64,000 nt of DNA from Octopus sinensis (GCF_006345805.1 NC_042999.1:17174001-17238000); one strand, 5' to 3'. Shown: positions 15,324 through 27,580, numbered from the stretch's first letter. The notes: generated by a model not told the origin, from the letters alone. Translations and numbers: made by a program.

Positions 15324-15857
15324 ATATATTGTATATATATATATTTATATATATCTATATCTAAATATATATATAGACACCCACACACACATATATATAT
15401 AATAGATAGATAGATAGATAGATAGATATGTATATATATATATATATAGATATATACACTTATATAACTATATGTGTGTGTCGTGTGTATGTGTGTCTAT
15501 ATATGTATATATATGCGTTTATACAGGCGCGTGGCTATGCTTGTTTGTGCTGCACTCATTGCACTCATGATCAAAAGATTATGGTTTCGATTCCCGGACA
15601 GGGCGATGCATTGTGTTTTTGATCCAAACACTTCATTTAGCTTTGTTCAGTTCACTCAGCTGGCAAAGAGCATTAACATACACACACACAAACTTTCACA
15701 CACACACACACACACACATGCACACTCACACACACATATATTAAAATCATTAATACAAACGGATAAATGGGTATGATAGTAAAACTGATATTATATCATT
15801 CTACGATATGCACAGGCCCTGAAATTTGGAGGTGAAGAATAGGAGATCCCTCTATTG

Positions 15858-16672
15858 TTTCACTGGTACTTAATTTATCGATCCCGAGAGAATGAAAGGT
15901 ATAGTCAACCTCGGTTGAATTCAAACACAGGATGTGAACGCAGACGAAATACTTGTTACTTTACTACATACAAAGGGCTAAACACGGAGAGGACAAACGG
16001 ATTAAGTCGATTATATCGACTCCAGTGCGTAACTGGTACTTATTTAATCGACCCCGAAAGGATAAAAGACAAAGTCGACCTCGGCGGAATTTGAACTCAG
16101 AAAGTAACGGGAGACAAAATACCTATATCTTTACTATTGACAAGGGGCAAAACACAGAGAGGACAAACAAGGACAGATAACGGGATTAAGTTGATTATAT
16201 CGACCCCAGTGCGTAACTGGTACTTATTTAATCGATCCCCGAAAGGATAAAAGGCAAAGTCGACCTCGGCGGAATTTGAACTCAGAACGTAGCAGCAGAT
16301 GAAATACCTATTTCTTTAGAACCCACAAGGGCTTAAACACAGAGGGGACAAACAAGGACAGACAAAGGGATTAAGTCGATTATATTGACCCCAGTGCGTA
16401 ACTGGTACTTATTTAATCGACCCCGAAATGATGAAAGGCAAAGTCGACCTCGGCGGAATTTGAACTCAGAACGTAGCGGCAGATGAAATACCTATTTCTT
16501 TACTACCCACAAGGCTTAACACAGAGAGGACAACAAGGACAGACAAAGGGATTAAGTCAATTATATTGACCCCAGTGCGTAACTGGTACTTATTTAATCG
16601 ACCCCCGAAAGGACGAAAGGCAAAGTCGATCTCGGCGGAATTTGAACTCAGAACGTAGCGGCAGACGAAATA
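15858..16672 (-). repeat. Tandem array of ~4.5 headless SINE family B units (~180 bp)
   Basis: AAAGTCGACCTCGGCGGAATTTGAACTCAGAA recurs at ~16070, 16255, 16440 and 16622, plus a decayed unit at ~15900. Confidence 0.88.
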
Positions 16673-16682
16673 ACATATACGC

Positions 16683-16717
<35 letters not shown>

Positions 16718-16834
16718 TATATATATGTATATATATGTATATATGTATATATATACATGTTTATCTATAGCAATATCTAACCCCTCTCTCCCTCTGACTC
16801 CCGCTCTCTCTCTCTCTATATATATATATTTATA

Positions 16835-19800
16835 CTAGCAGCATAGCCCGGCGTTGCCCGGGTATATAAGAGCCCCTAGTAGGCAACGACTAATCCCAAT
16901 GTAGTCCTTTCCCTCCAGGGAACGAAGGTGCATGTGGACGTTGCAATGTCTTGTCTTCACTGGAATACTTCTGTATATACGATGTTCCTAGCTGTCCGTT
17001 TGGGCGAAAACATGAAAACATCATTGCGCCTCCCAACGCGTGAACAGCCCACGTAGAGTTGACCGTGGGCGAAGCACTGTTCGCCCAAATGTAACCCAGC
17101 GACTTGTAGCGTTTGGCCTTGGGATTTATTGATCGACTTGCGAAGCAGAGTTTAACAGGAAACTGAGAACGCCTGAAGTGGATTGGTAGGTCAGCGCCCG
17201 ACGGTTGAAGGTGCATCCGTGGAATGAAGACGTCCTCTCCCTTCCCACAACCGGTAAGTATTGTGGCCGTTATTAAATGTGGTGCCAAATGTTTCACAAC
17301 CAAACGTGTGCCGTTGCACTGTTTAGGTGGAACCAAATTCCTGATGAGCATAATGGGCGCACCGACTTTTAACTTCAGGATGTGTGGTGGCAGGCCTGGC
17401 GGTTCAAGTGAATTCAGGAATTCAACAGGATAATCGGCAAGCTGGGCGGGGTCTGCTGTCCTATCTATAGATTTGTAGACGTGGACATCACCAGGAATAG
17501 CTTCAAGTAGCTGGATATTGATGGAGTTGACGGTTGTATTTTTGGGTGCGAGAATAGCTCTGCCTGCCAGCCATTTTAGGTCGCGTAAATTGTTTTGTAG
17601 GTCGTGGAAGACAGCGTCCCGGAGGCTAGCAGGGGTGTCGACAATGGTGCAAAGTGAGTCCAATTGAACGTAGCCATCCGCATCAGACAGCATCCTATTT
17701 TCACCGAGCGATAAGAGGTCCCTGGAGAATGCAGCGGATCCGCTGTCACCAATTAACTGCGCGCGCATGTTAGTTTGGAGGTGCAAGGGCCGCACATTGC
17801 CCAAAGAGCTGACGACTTAAGGCACGCGCGCACGGCATCGGCACGGGTTCCTTTTGGAATAACAGGTAGAGTCTGCCTGAAGTCTCCTGAAAGAAGTAAA
17901 GTTAATCCTCCCATGGGGGCCGTAGAGTCTCTGATGTCTTGCAGGGACCTGTCCAGTGCCTCAAGGGCGCCTTTGTGTGCCATAGTGCACTCGTCCCATA
18001 CGATGAGTTTGCATCTGCGAAGAATGTCGGCCTGTTCTGAGTTCTTGGCGATGTTGCAGATAGGTGACTCGGACTTTGCCAGATCGAGCGGGAGTCTGAA
18101 GGCAGAGTGGGCGGTTCTGCCACCCGGAAGCAACGTGGCCGCGATACCAGAGGAAGCTACAGCCAGGGCAATGTCCGTGTTGCGTCTGACCTCTGCCAGA
18201 ATTAGTTTAGTGACGAAGGTTTTGCCAGTGCCGCCGGGTGCATCAAGGAAGAAAATCCCCCCACGTTGCTGTCTGACAGAGTCTACGATGGTGTTGTAGG
18301 CTATGCGCTGGTCTGGAAGCAGCCGTGGTTCATTATCTTGGACGTACTGGTGCAGTTCCTCAATGCAGTAGGAAGTTTCGCGTAACAATTCAGCAGACAT
18401 AACATTGGCGTGTTCACGTGTGGGTGGTGGAAGGCCGTACTCTGTTAAAGCAGACCCACCCATATCGATGACAGCGTCTTCGAGTTGAATGAGCGCAAAA
18501 TTGTAAATGAAGTTGGTGAACGTGATCTCGGCGGAAGGGCAGTGTTGCTGAGCCGTACGTAAGAAGTCGTGCGACATGTCATCCCTGTATTTCATCCAGA
18601 GACTTAGTGGATTACTAAGCTGACATTTTTGAAGAAGGATTGCGAAAAGATGTCGTAGGGCCGAATGCGTTTGCAGTAAAGCACCCTCTGCCATCGTGGC
18701 GTCCCACTGGGAGTCATCCTCTAGAAGGCCAAGTCTCATACATGCTTCCCTGAAGGTGTCGCACAGAACCCCATTGACGGTACGTATATTGGCGAAACCT
18801 GTTGGACCAGTGACCTCATGTAGAAGAGACGGAGGTAGAAGCATTCTTGCTGGTTTGGCGGGATGTTGTAAACTCGACCCAGGCAGGAGTCAAACTTGAC
18901 GCCTGGGAAGCTTTCGACGTTTTTGCCGGATTTCCGTCGAATCCAGGTGTTTTTAGACCACACGAAGTACGATGGGACCTGTGGGTACAAAAGCGTTCGA
19001 GCGAAGTCATCACGTTGGCATAATTTGAAGAAACCAGTCAACGTTGTGTCTTTAGGGCTGGTGGCTATCTGCCAGCACTTTGCTCTGCCTTTGTTGATAT
19101 ATTTGCAGACATATTGTATTGACCTGATGGAGCTGCAGAACTCAACGTTGACGTGGGCTTTGAATATCTTCGACAGGAAGGACAGTAGGGGACAATGTAG
19201 CTGTTGTCCACTTGATGTCGCCCAACCGTAATCGTGCGGCCTCCATTGGCTGGACTCCTTCGTTTGTACAGCGGATACCCATCGCCGCCTGTTTTAGTCT
19301 CCAAAGTGAACCGTTTAGGGAATCCCTTTGAGCAGGCTAATCCGTTTTTGTAGCATGGTGTGTTGGCGTAATTTGGTCCACAGGGCCCGTGTACCATGGT
19401 AGTGCGGACAATTTCGTAGAGTCCGGGGTCCTCATCGGGGTCAGGAATCTCGGCGGAAATGAATTTGTCAATGTCATTAGTCTCGATTTTATGAGTGAGC
19501 CAAAATTAAGATGTGAGCATGTGGCAAGCCCCTCTTTTGCCACTCGACCGAAAACATGTGGCACCTGACATGCCCGAAAATCTGACCCTTAACTATCAAA
19601 TCCTTCATTTTGCCCAAATTCAGACGGAAAACCCTAGCAACGATGTCGTGTCGATGGGTGTGAGATTGACCCGGGAGGATTTCGCGAGTGATTTCGTCGC
19701 AGCTGGGATTGCACGTGTAGGTGATAAAGAGGTCCGGCCGGCCGTAAATGCGCACGTAGGTCAAGGCGTCTTGGGTCCTTTCACGCATATATCGCGGTCC

Positions 19801-22782
19801 TCCCGTGAAGGTGGAGGGTAGAATGCATGGCTTGCCGATGTTGCGAGGGTCATTTTCTTGTTGCAAACCGTCACGGAGATGAATGTAGGAGTCGGAGCGA
19901 AGTTTGGTCTGATTAAGTTTAATGTATAGCAGCCTTTCCGATTCCATTTTTGCGGCCATGTCGACGGCGAACTGGTTGAATAGCTGACGACAACGGGGCA
20001 ATAAGTTGAACTCACCCTCCCTGACCATGAACCGGTATGAGTAGAACGCCCTGCAGGAAACCGTCTTTGATGCCGCAGTAGTTTGATTGGAGGGCTGCCG
20101 TAAAGGAATTCCGAAGTGGTAGCCGTCTTCCCCATAAGGGAAAAGCAATGGATACTGAAGCGCGTCATAAGATCTGTGAGTCTCGCTGATCCTGTGTAGG
20201 TTGTTACCACGGGAGGAGATGATTATGTCACGGCTGTTGTGTTGCTCTCCGTGTATAACTGCGGCAATTTCGTTGCACGCAGGTGCGTTGAAACGGCGTT
20301 CGTGCTCCCCGTGGGGTCGTTTATCAGCATCAATGACAGGTGAAGTTTGGAGAAGGAGCACTGTCCAAGGCATATCTGAAGCTGCAGACGTAGCTGTTGA
20401 TATCATGAAGCATGGTTTGGAGACGGAGAAGATGTCTTTGCGGGGAACATAGCTTGTACCCGGTATTATTCCAAGCGTGCATCAACCTGGTGGTTGTAGT
20501 CGGCAATGAAGTATATTTGGAGGAAAGAAGACTGCTGAATCTCGTCTGGCAGAAGTGACCCAATAAGATGGTAGACCTGTCCCTGCACTTTGAAAGTAGG
20601 CATCCAGCCTTCTCTGGGAGGAATTTTGGCCCCGAAAGAGGTCATTTGGAATGAGCAGTTGTACTTTCGAATTATTTCAAGGAATTGTGACGAATCGGGG
20701 GTTAAACCCGCCGCGAGATCCTTCAGTGGTTGAGGTGGTTCCCGTAGGGGTGGCAGGTCCACTTTGCCACCAGAGCAGCACAAACCAGGTGGCTCTCCGG
20801 GCCATTTCTTGGCTTTGCAAAACTGGCATACAATTGTCATTGACCCTATCTTGATGTCGTCACGCAAGGAGAAGTTAATTGTGGCGTCGTAGTTGAATGC
20901 TAGTGACAACCAGAAAGCGGGGGCAGGGGTACGTACACCACGAATGATATCCCGACGTTTGTTGATACTCTCAAGTCGAGTGCACCGTGCCTCAGCAGAT
21001 TCAGATGCACGTGCGACAGCGGTAGCAGTGGCATCCCTTGAAAGCCTTTCAGCTCTCGCCTCAGCACCCTCTGAAGCCCTAGCAGAAGCAGTGTTAATGG
21101 CATGTCTGGATGTCCGAATAGTCCGTTGGTGTGGAGTTTCGGCAGATCGAGCCCTGGCTGTGTTTGCGGCGTTAGCAGCTTGGCGAGCTCTCCTCTGTTG
21201 AGGTGTTTCGGCAGTTTTGGCCATGGCTTTGTTTGCGGCGTCAGCATCTTGGCGAGTTCTCCTCTGCTGTGAGGTTTCGACAGATCGTGTCCTGGCAGTG
21301 CTAGTGGCGTTAGCCGCATTCCGAATGGCCCTTTGTTCGGGGTTCTCGCGAGCTCTGCGGATGGAAGCACAGTAAGAAGCCCGCATGTTTTGGCTGGACT
21401 GTTGCTCTTTCGTCAACCTCGAGCGGAGGGAAGATCTGTACGCTGCGACCCTTGCAAGTCGGGTAGAACGGTCGCTAGTAGTTTCAGATGCCTGAGCAGC
21501 GGCATAACGGGAAGCTGTTTGCGAGAGGCGCAAGGCGGTTTCCTCGTGGGTCTCGCGTGCCCTTCTAGCCCTAGCAGCCGATGCCTTGGCCGTCCGAGGG
21601 TTGAGGAGGGTCCTTCTCTTCTTGGGTGGCATTTTGGTGGATAGCAATGTGTTTGGCAAAGGTGTAATAAAAAGGAACACGTGGGGTAAGTATTTTGGTG
21701 GATAGCAATGTGTTTGGTAAAGGTGTAATAAAAAGGAGCTCGTGGGGTAAGTATCCGAAAATGTATAAAAATGTACAAAAACGGCCAAAAAGCTGGCAGC
21801 AATGTGAGTGACAACAACGAAAAAGTCAAAAGTGATCAAACTGAACAAACGAAAGGAAAAGTTTTTTGATGCACACGACAAAAGTGGTTTATAATAAACC
21901 AAGAGTTTGCAAGTAGCGTCCGAGGACCGTTAGGGTACGTCAAAAATTGAAGGTAAAACGTTTGGGGAGGTAGTTATAAAGAAAGTTTAAACCCAAAAAG
22001 TATTCGAATAACTTGCGGCTGCAGCAGCTATTAGCAGAAGTGGCGGTGTTGGGGGTAAAGTCTCGAATGTAATTTCTTCCTGGTAGGAATTGGTTGGATC
22101 GAATTATCGATAGCTAAAAAGGTCAAGTTGCGTCCCCTAGACAGTCTGGTTTGTGTTTAATACACAAATTTGTTTGCTATGTGTGCCACATATGATTAAA
22201 TGAACCGATCTTTTCCAATAATGTATCCTATTGGAATAAAAAGGGCTATATAGCTCCTTGGCAGACATGATGCGCGTTGTGAAAAAAAAAAAGATTCCTG
22301 CCAATTTGTGAAAGATATTGTCGAAAATATGTCATCTTGAATTTGAACGCGATTTCCCAAAATGGCATGATTTTATCGATTGTTTCTGATGGTAAGGTAT
22401 TGCATGGAAAACTAACGTCAGAATTGAGTTTCTTAGGGTAACATTAAGCTTCACCATGAGTTTGGTGAAAATCGATTGCAAGTTGTGAAAACTACCATAG
22501 ATGATGCGTTGCATAAAAAAAGGTTAGATTCTCGAGTTGCGTCCCCTAGACAGTCTGTGGTTCATGTTTATGATTCTCGACCCCATGTCGAATTTATCAA
22601 TTTTTTTCAGAACTGGGGGAACTTTTCAAAATTTTCGCTTCGTTAGTTTTGAATTATGACATTGGGCTATGTGTGTGTCAAGTTTCATCAGAATCGGTTG
22701 AAAGCCGTGGTCAGGGTGAGGGTACGAGAAAACAGACACACAGAAGCACGCACAGACAAACTGCCGTTTATATATAGAGAGA
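16835..22782 (-). mobile_element. Helitron (rolling-circle transposon), complete termini, defective coding region
   Basis: Minus strand starts A|TCTCTCTATATATAAACGGCAGTTTGTCTG at 22782 and ends ...CCCGGGCAACGCCGGGC (hairpin, ~16846-16862) TATGCTG CTAG|T at 16835: 5'-TC, 3' hairpin plus CTAG, inserted in an AT site with no TSD. It contains RepHel coding fragments. Confidence 0.95.
16957..21632 (-). pseudogene. Helitron RepHel (HUH replicase + PIF1-family helicase), frameshifted and internally deleted
   Basis: Likely start MPPKKRR (ATG at 21632). N-terminal charged repeats; Zn motif CQFCKAKKW...CCSGGKV; Rep motifs GRPDLFITYTCNP, VEWQKRGLPHAHILI and QYVCKYINK; MVHGPCG...CSKGFPK; helicase motifs DAPGGTGKT, WDECTM, GDFRQTLPV, SINKSQGQT and HGQLYVGCSRV; ends NIVYTEVFQ* (stop 16957-16959). 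Split over about 8 or more reading frames. Confidence 0.93.
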
Positions 22783-24430
22783 TATATATGTGTAGCGCAA
22801 TACGTGGATTCATGGAATCATTTGGCTATCACAGAAATCTCCTCAGGCGGACACAACTTGAAGACAACATCTTTGGTGCAGCCAAAATTTTCTGGTGGTG
22901 ATCTGATGAGCTATTCATCTCTATCTGCATTGGTTTGTAAGTATACAACTTAAGTATACTCTATAGTTTGTAGCATGCATATAATTGCTTGTGTGTGTGT
23001 CCTTTATACAAATCCACGATATTTCAGTTAGAGGGGTCTCGAACTTTCTATGGTCATTCAAAATCATCCAAGGATGGTCGTGCGCATCTTTACATGTCGT
23101 CAGTCACCCCGCAAAGCCATTAAGAAAACAATAGAAGTGACTTTTTTGTGAATTTTTTATCCCAAACCCAATCCAAATGCCCGAAACTTGATACGCCAAT
23201 TGAATGCCAGCTAGCTGTATGTGATTGGTGGGAGGTTTGGACAGTACGCGCGTGCATGTGCGCACGCACGCAGCTGTTTATGCATGCACTAGCATAGTGC
23301 TAGTGTAGAATAATACGTGTTTACTTTTCTAGTAATTAGGCGGCGGTCATACTGGGGCACCGCCTTGAAGAATTTTCAAGTCTGATAAGTATCAGAATCT
23401 ATCGGTCCCTTTTGTCGAACCACTAAGTTTGAAATTATTAATACATGATGAAGACTGCGAAACGGCTGACCAGCGGTTAAATAAATATATTCACCTCTCA
23501 TACCTCTTGACTTTTTATGGCACACACATGCACACACACACACACACACACACACATTTGTTATGAGTATGAGGTGTAGACAACTGTTATAACTACCAAT
23601 TATCATGCTGATCGCTTTTATATTTTCATGTGTAATATATAATTTTACAACTGTCCCATACTGCATCTCTTTCGATTTCCATGTTTAGACGGATTTGCCC
23701 GTGTTTTTTTGTTTTTGTTTTTTTTTCAATTTATTTTAATTGAACCATATTAAAAGATCAAATACTAAGGCCTGCTGTTTGATAATTTAGTTTGTTTATG
23801 GTAACTAAATTTCCTATGAATTATTTCTTTTAATTAATTTCAAATAAGTTATTAACTTCGAATTGATTATTATAGTCTCAAATTATAAGTTTTTGTTTGA
23901 GCTTTTTTTGTGGTTAATTTTCGGCTCTATCATCATTTTAGACACGAGTTCAGCATTTTAATTAAAGTTGATGTAATGCCACAAAGCAGTTATATGTCTT
24001 CTTAGAACATCGGAAACTTATGTAATATTTCCTATGTCAATTACAACACTAATCAGTGTTCGTAGTGGAAGCAGCTAAGCGAGAAACCTTACTCGCTTAA
24101 CTAGTAAAACCAATATCTCTAAGTCTATGTCTGAACTTAGTGTACACTTACGAAACTTTGTACTTCATTTCTTTCCTTCTGCTTTTCTCTCACTCCCTCC
24201 GTCCTTGCGCGTTTCTGTTCTCTGTTGTTTTATCTTCAACTCGTTTCAGTCGTTCGAATCGGTCATGCGCCGCATTGAAGGGGTTAATAGTAAAAACTCG
24301 ACCCGACTACATATAACCATAAATTCTGGTGTTTGTTCTAACGATCTATGTTGCCAAACGAAGACATAATTAAACTAACACCGGTTGTCATGCTGTGGTG
24401 GAGGAATATCACACATATATATATGTATAT

Positions 24431-24740
24431 GTGGAGGCGCAATGGCCCAGTGGTTAGGGCAGCGGATTCGCAGTCGGAGGATCGCTGTTTCGATTCCCAG
24501 ACCGGGCGTTGTGTGTATTTATTGAGCGTAAACACCTAAGAAAAATTCCACGAGGCTCTGGCAAGGGGTGGTGGTGATCCCTGTTGTACTCTTTCACCAC
24601 AACTTTCTCTCACTCTCTCTTCCTATTTCTTGAGTAACGCTGCGATGGACTGGCGACTCGTCCAGCTGGGGGGAACACATACGCCACAGAAACCGGGAAA
24701 CCGGGCCCACGAGCCTGACTAAGCTTGCAAAGGGCGACGT
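24431..24740 (+). mobile_element. SINE family C head with alternative tail 3
   Basis: Family C head, then GAGTAACGCTGCGATGGACTGGCG...GAAACCGGGAAACCGGGCCC. Confidence 0.82.
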
Positions 24741-24944
24741 TTATCGTTATATATGTATATATGACGGCCTTCCACATTTTTAATGCTTACAAAATTCACT
24801 CACAAGACAATAGTCATTGCGGGGCTATACTTGAAGTCACTCAAAACGTATCACGCTGTGACACTGGTCTCTAAACTATTCGGTTGCAAAGTGCACTTCT
24901 TAACCACACAGCCAAGCATGCGTTTATCTATCTATGTAGTAATA

Positions 24945-25194
24945 TACTCTTCTATTCCTTTTACTTGTTTCAGTCATATGACTGCGGCCGTGCTGTAGCA
25001 CCGCCTTTATTCAATGCAATCGACCCCCTGGACTTATTCTTTGTAAGCCTAGTATTGTTTCTATCCGTCTCTTTTGCCGAACCGCTAATGTTACAGGGAC
25101 GTAAACACACCAGCATCGGTTGTCAAGCGATGTTAGGGGGACAAACACAGACACACAAACATACACACACACATACATATACATATATAAATAT

Positions 25195-25269
<75 letters not shown>

Positions 25270-25433
25270 TACGATGGGCTTCTTTCAGTTTCCATCTACC
25301 AAATCCACTCACAAGGCTTTGGTCTGACCGAGGCTATAGTAGAAGACACTTGCCCAGGGTGCCACGCAGTGGGACTGAACCCGGAACCATGTAGTTCGTA
25401 AGCAGGCTACTTACCACACAGCCACTCCTACGC
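24945..25433 (-). mobile_element. SINE family A
   Basis: Full head-to-tail similarity to the 48977 copy; a further decayed head lies at ~24765-24920. Confidence 0.85.
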
Positions 25434-25648
25434 GAATGGGACTCACCACACAGCCCCTCCTACGTCTAAATATTTATCTTTCTAATTATATCTATTCTGC
25501 GTTTTATCTATTATTACAGTGCGTTGCAGGGTATATATTGTTTTGCAAGTTAGTGTCAACACAATGCATTGAATTTAAACAGCGCGGAATATAGATCCAC
25601 AGTGAATGAAGAGGATACAGGATGTTAGTAAATAATTTCCATTATATC

Positions 25649-25690
<42 letters not shown>

Positions 25691-25694
<4 letters not shown>

Positions 25695-26149
25695 TATAAA
25701 AGGGCTTAGTAAAATAAATTACTTTGCCACATACTGAACTCATTAGAAATAGTAGCTAAAAAAACTTTTTTAAAACTATTTCTAATACTTAAAGAAAATC
25801 TCTCTCATATAGTGTTTGCTCAATTCAACTCACGAAAGTATGGGGGTAAAGACATTAAAAAATCAAATGCAAAGGACATTTGATTTTTTAATGTCTTTAC
25901 CCCCATACTTTCGTGAGTTGAATTGAGCAAACACTATATGAGAGAGATTTTCTTTAAGTATTAGAAATAGTTTTAAAAAAGTTTTTTTTAGCTACTATTT
26001 CTAATGAGTTCAGTATGTGGCAAAGTAATTTATTTTACTAAGCCCTTTTATATAATGTAATAATTTGAATTCGCCTTAAATGGTCCCTTTACATACTGAA
26101 TACTTGGTGAAATTGATTAATAATTACTTAATTTTACCCTCAATTGTTG

Positions 26150-26153
<4 letters not shown>
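25691..26153. mobile_element. Second palindromic element in a (TA)n tract (Penelope-like architecture, unrelated sequence)
   Basis: Inverted arms 25691-25869 and 25877-26056, 7-nt spacer CAAAGGA, ~100-bp unique tail, flanked by (TA)n; no hammerhead core seen. Confidence 0.7.
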
Positions 26154-26206
<53 letters not shown>

Positions 26207-26260
26207 TATTGGTGAATTGAAGAAATGGAGCTGAACGCAGATTGAACAGAAATCGTTTTA

Positions 26261-26349
26261 TTTCATTCTACACGTGTTTCGAAAGGCACAATTACCAAAA
26301 TCCGATTGAATAATGGGACCATATTGTGTCTTTCTCTTCAGGAAGAAAA
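26261..26349 (-). ncRNA. Minimal type I hammerhead ribozyme (mirror copy)
   Basis: Reverse complement of 26442-26531 in the left palindrome arm. Confidence 0.78.
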
Positions 26350-26441
26350 AAGGAAATCCGTTGGAAAAACAAAAACAGAACAGAGGCGGAGTGTTTTTGC
26401 TCCGCCTCTGTTCTGTTTTTGTTTTTCCAACGGATTTCCTT

Positions 26442-26531
26442 TTTTCTTCCTGAAGAGAAAGACACAATATGGTCCCATTATTCAATCGGATTTTGGTAAT
26501 TTGTGCCTTTCGAAACACGTGTAGAATGAAA
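26442..26531 (+). ncRNA. Minimal type I hammerhead ribozyme
   Basis: ttttcttc CTGAAGA GAAAGACACAA [loop] TTGTGCCTTTC GAAA CACGTG TA gaatgaaa: canonical core, 11-bp stem II (1 mismatch), palindromic stem III, GUA triplet with predicted cut after 26523. Confidence 0.8.
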
Positions 26532-26742
26532 TAAAACGATTTCTGTTCAATCTGCGTTCAGCTCCATTTCTTCAATTCACCAATAATGTTTTAAATTCAA
26601 TTATCCGCACCAACGCACGGTTGCAACGCCAGATGGTTGTACCTCCAACCGTGCTGTTTACTGCTGTGATTTTTGCTACTAAGGTATCGGTTAAACTTTT
26701 GATTAATCTACTACAAGATTATTCATCTTTCTATTTCACATA

Positions 26743-26776
<34 letters not shown>

Positions 26777-27104
26777 GACATACTTCGTTTATATTTGGAA
26801 ATCTTCAACGAAGCATTTAATCCCCGTTTATAGATGCAAGTAACTGGATCCATATGTAAACTATTTTATTTACTTTAAACAGACGGGAGTCGCGAGCCAG
26901 ATTCATTCACAAATATTATTCTGTCCAAGTAACTCACGAAGGTTTCAGTAGTTTGGTGAAAGAAATTCAGTTTACTTGTAGTGCAAACGACCTCGGAAAA
27001 TTCTGCTGCAAACCAGCCCGTATCATGTGACAAAAACTAATTTGGCTTACATACGTACCTGAATCTTTCCTTCTGTCTTTCTTTGTCACTCTGCCACTCC
27101 CCTT

Positions 27105-27105
27105 C

Positions 27106-27181
<76 letters not shown>

Positions 27182-27282
27182 CCTATCTATCTACCTATCT
27201 ATCTATGTATCTATGTATGTATCTATCTATATATCTATGTATCTATGTATCTATCTATCTATATATCTATCTATCTATCTAC

Positions 27283-27318
<36 letters not shown>

Positions 27319-27404
27319 ATATCTATCTATCTGTCTATCTATCTATACGCCTGTCTGTCTATCTATCTATCTATAAGACAATTGGCCAACTTATTTCGTC
27401 TATG

Positions 27405-27472
<68 letters not shown>

Positions 27473-27500
27473 TATATATATTATATATATATATATATAT

Positions 27501-27534
<34 letters not shown>

Positions 27535-27580
27535 GTAGGTAGGTAGGTAGGTAGGTAGATAGATAGATAGATTGATATAT

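Larger units (their letters stand above)
26203..26742. mobile_element. Palindromic Penelope-like pseudo-LTR element in a (TA)n tract
   Basis: Near-perfect inverted arms 26203-26391 and 26400-26589 with an 8-nt spacer, then a ~150-bp unique tail; (TA)n on both sides; hammerhead motif in each arm. Confidence 0.8.

Noticed and set aside
15858-16672. Regularly spaced repeats superficially like a CRISPR array (also 43858-44682)
   Set aside because: The whole unit repeats with no unique spacers, the context is eukaryotic, and there are no cas genes.
17224-21644. Plus-strand ORFs overlapping the Helitron
   Set aside because: They are antisense shadows of a GC-rich coding sequence and carry no motifs.
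21633-21902. 90-aa N-terminal extension of the 478-aa ORF
   Set aside because: It starts at a non-ATG codon and runs through the 61-bp tandem duplication; MPPKKRR at 21632 is the more plausible start.
22985-23305. Possible non-autonomous Helitron next to the large Helitron (ends near CACTAGCATAGTGCTAGTG)
   Set aside because: There is no clear 5' TC terminus or canonical GC hairpin, so support is too weak.
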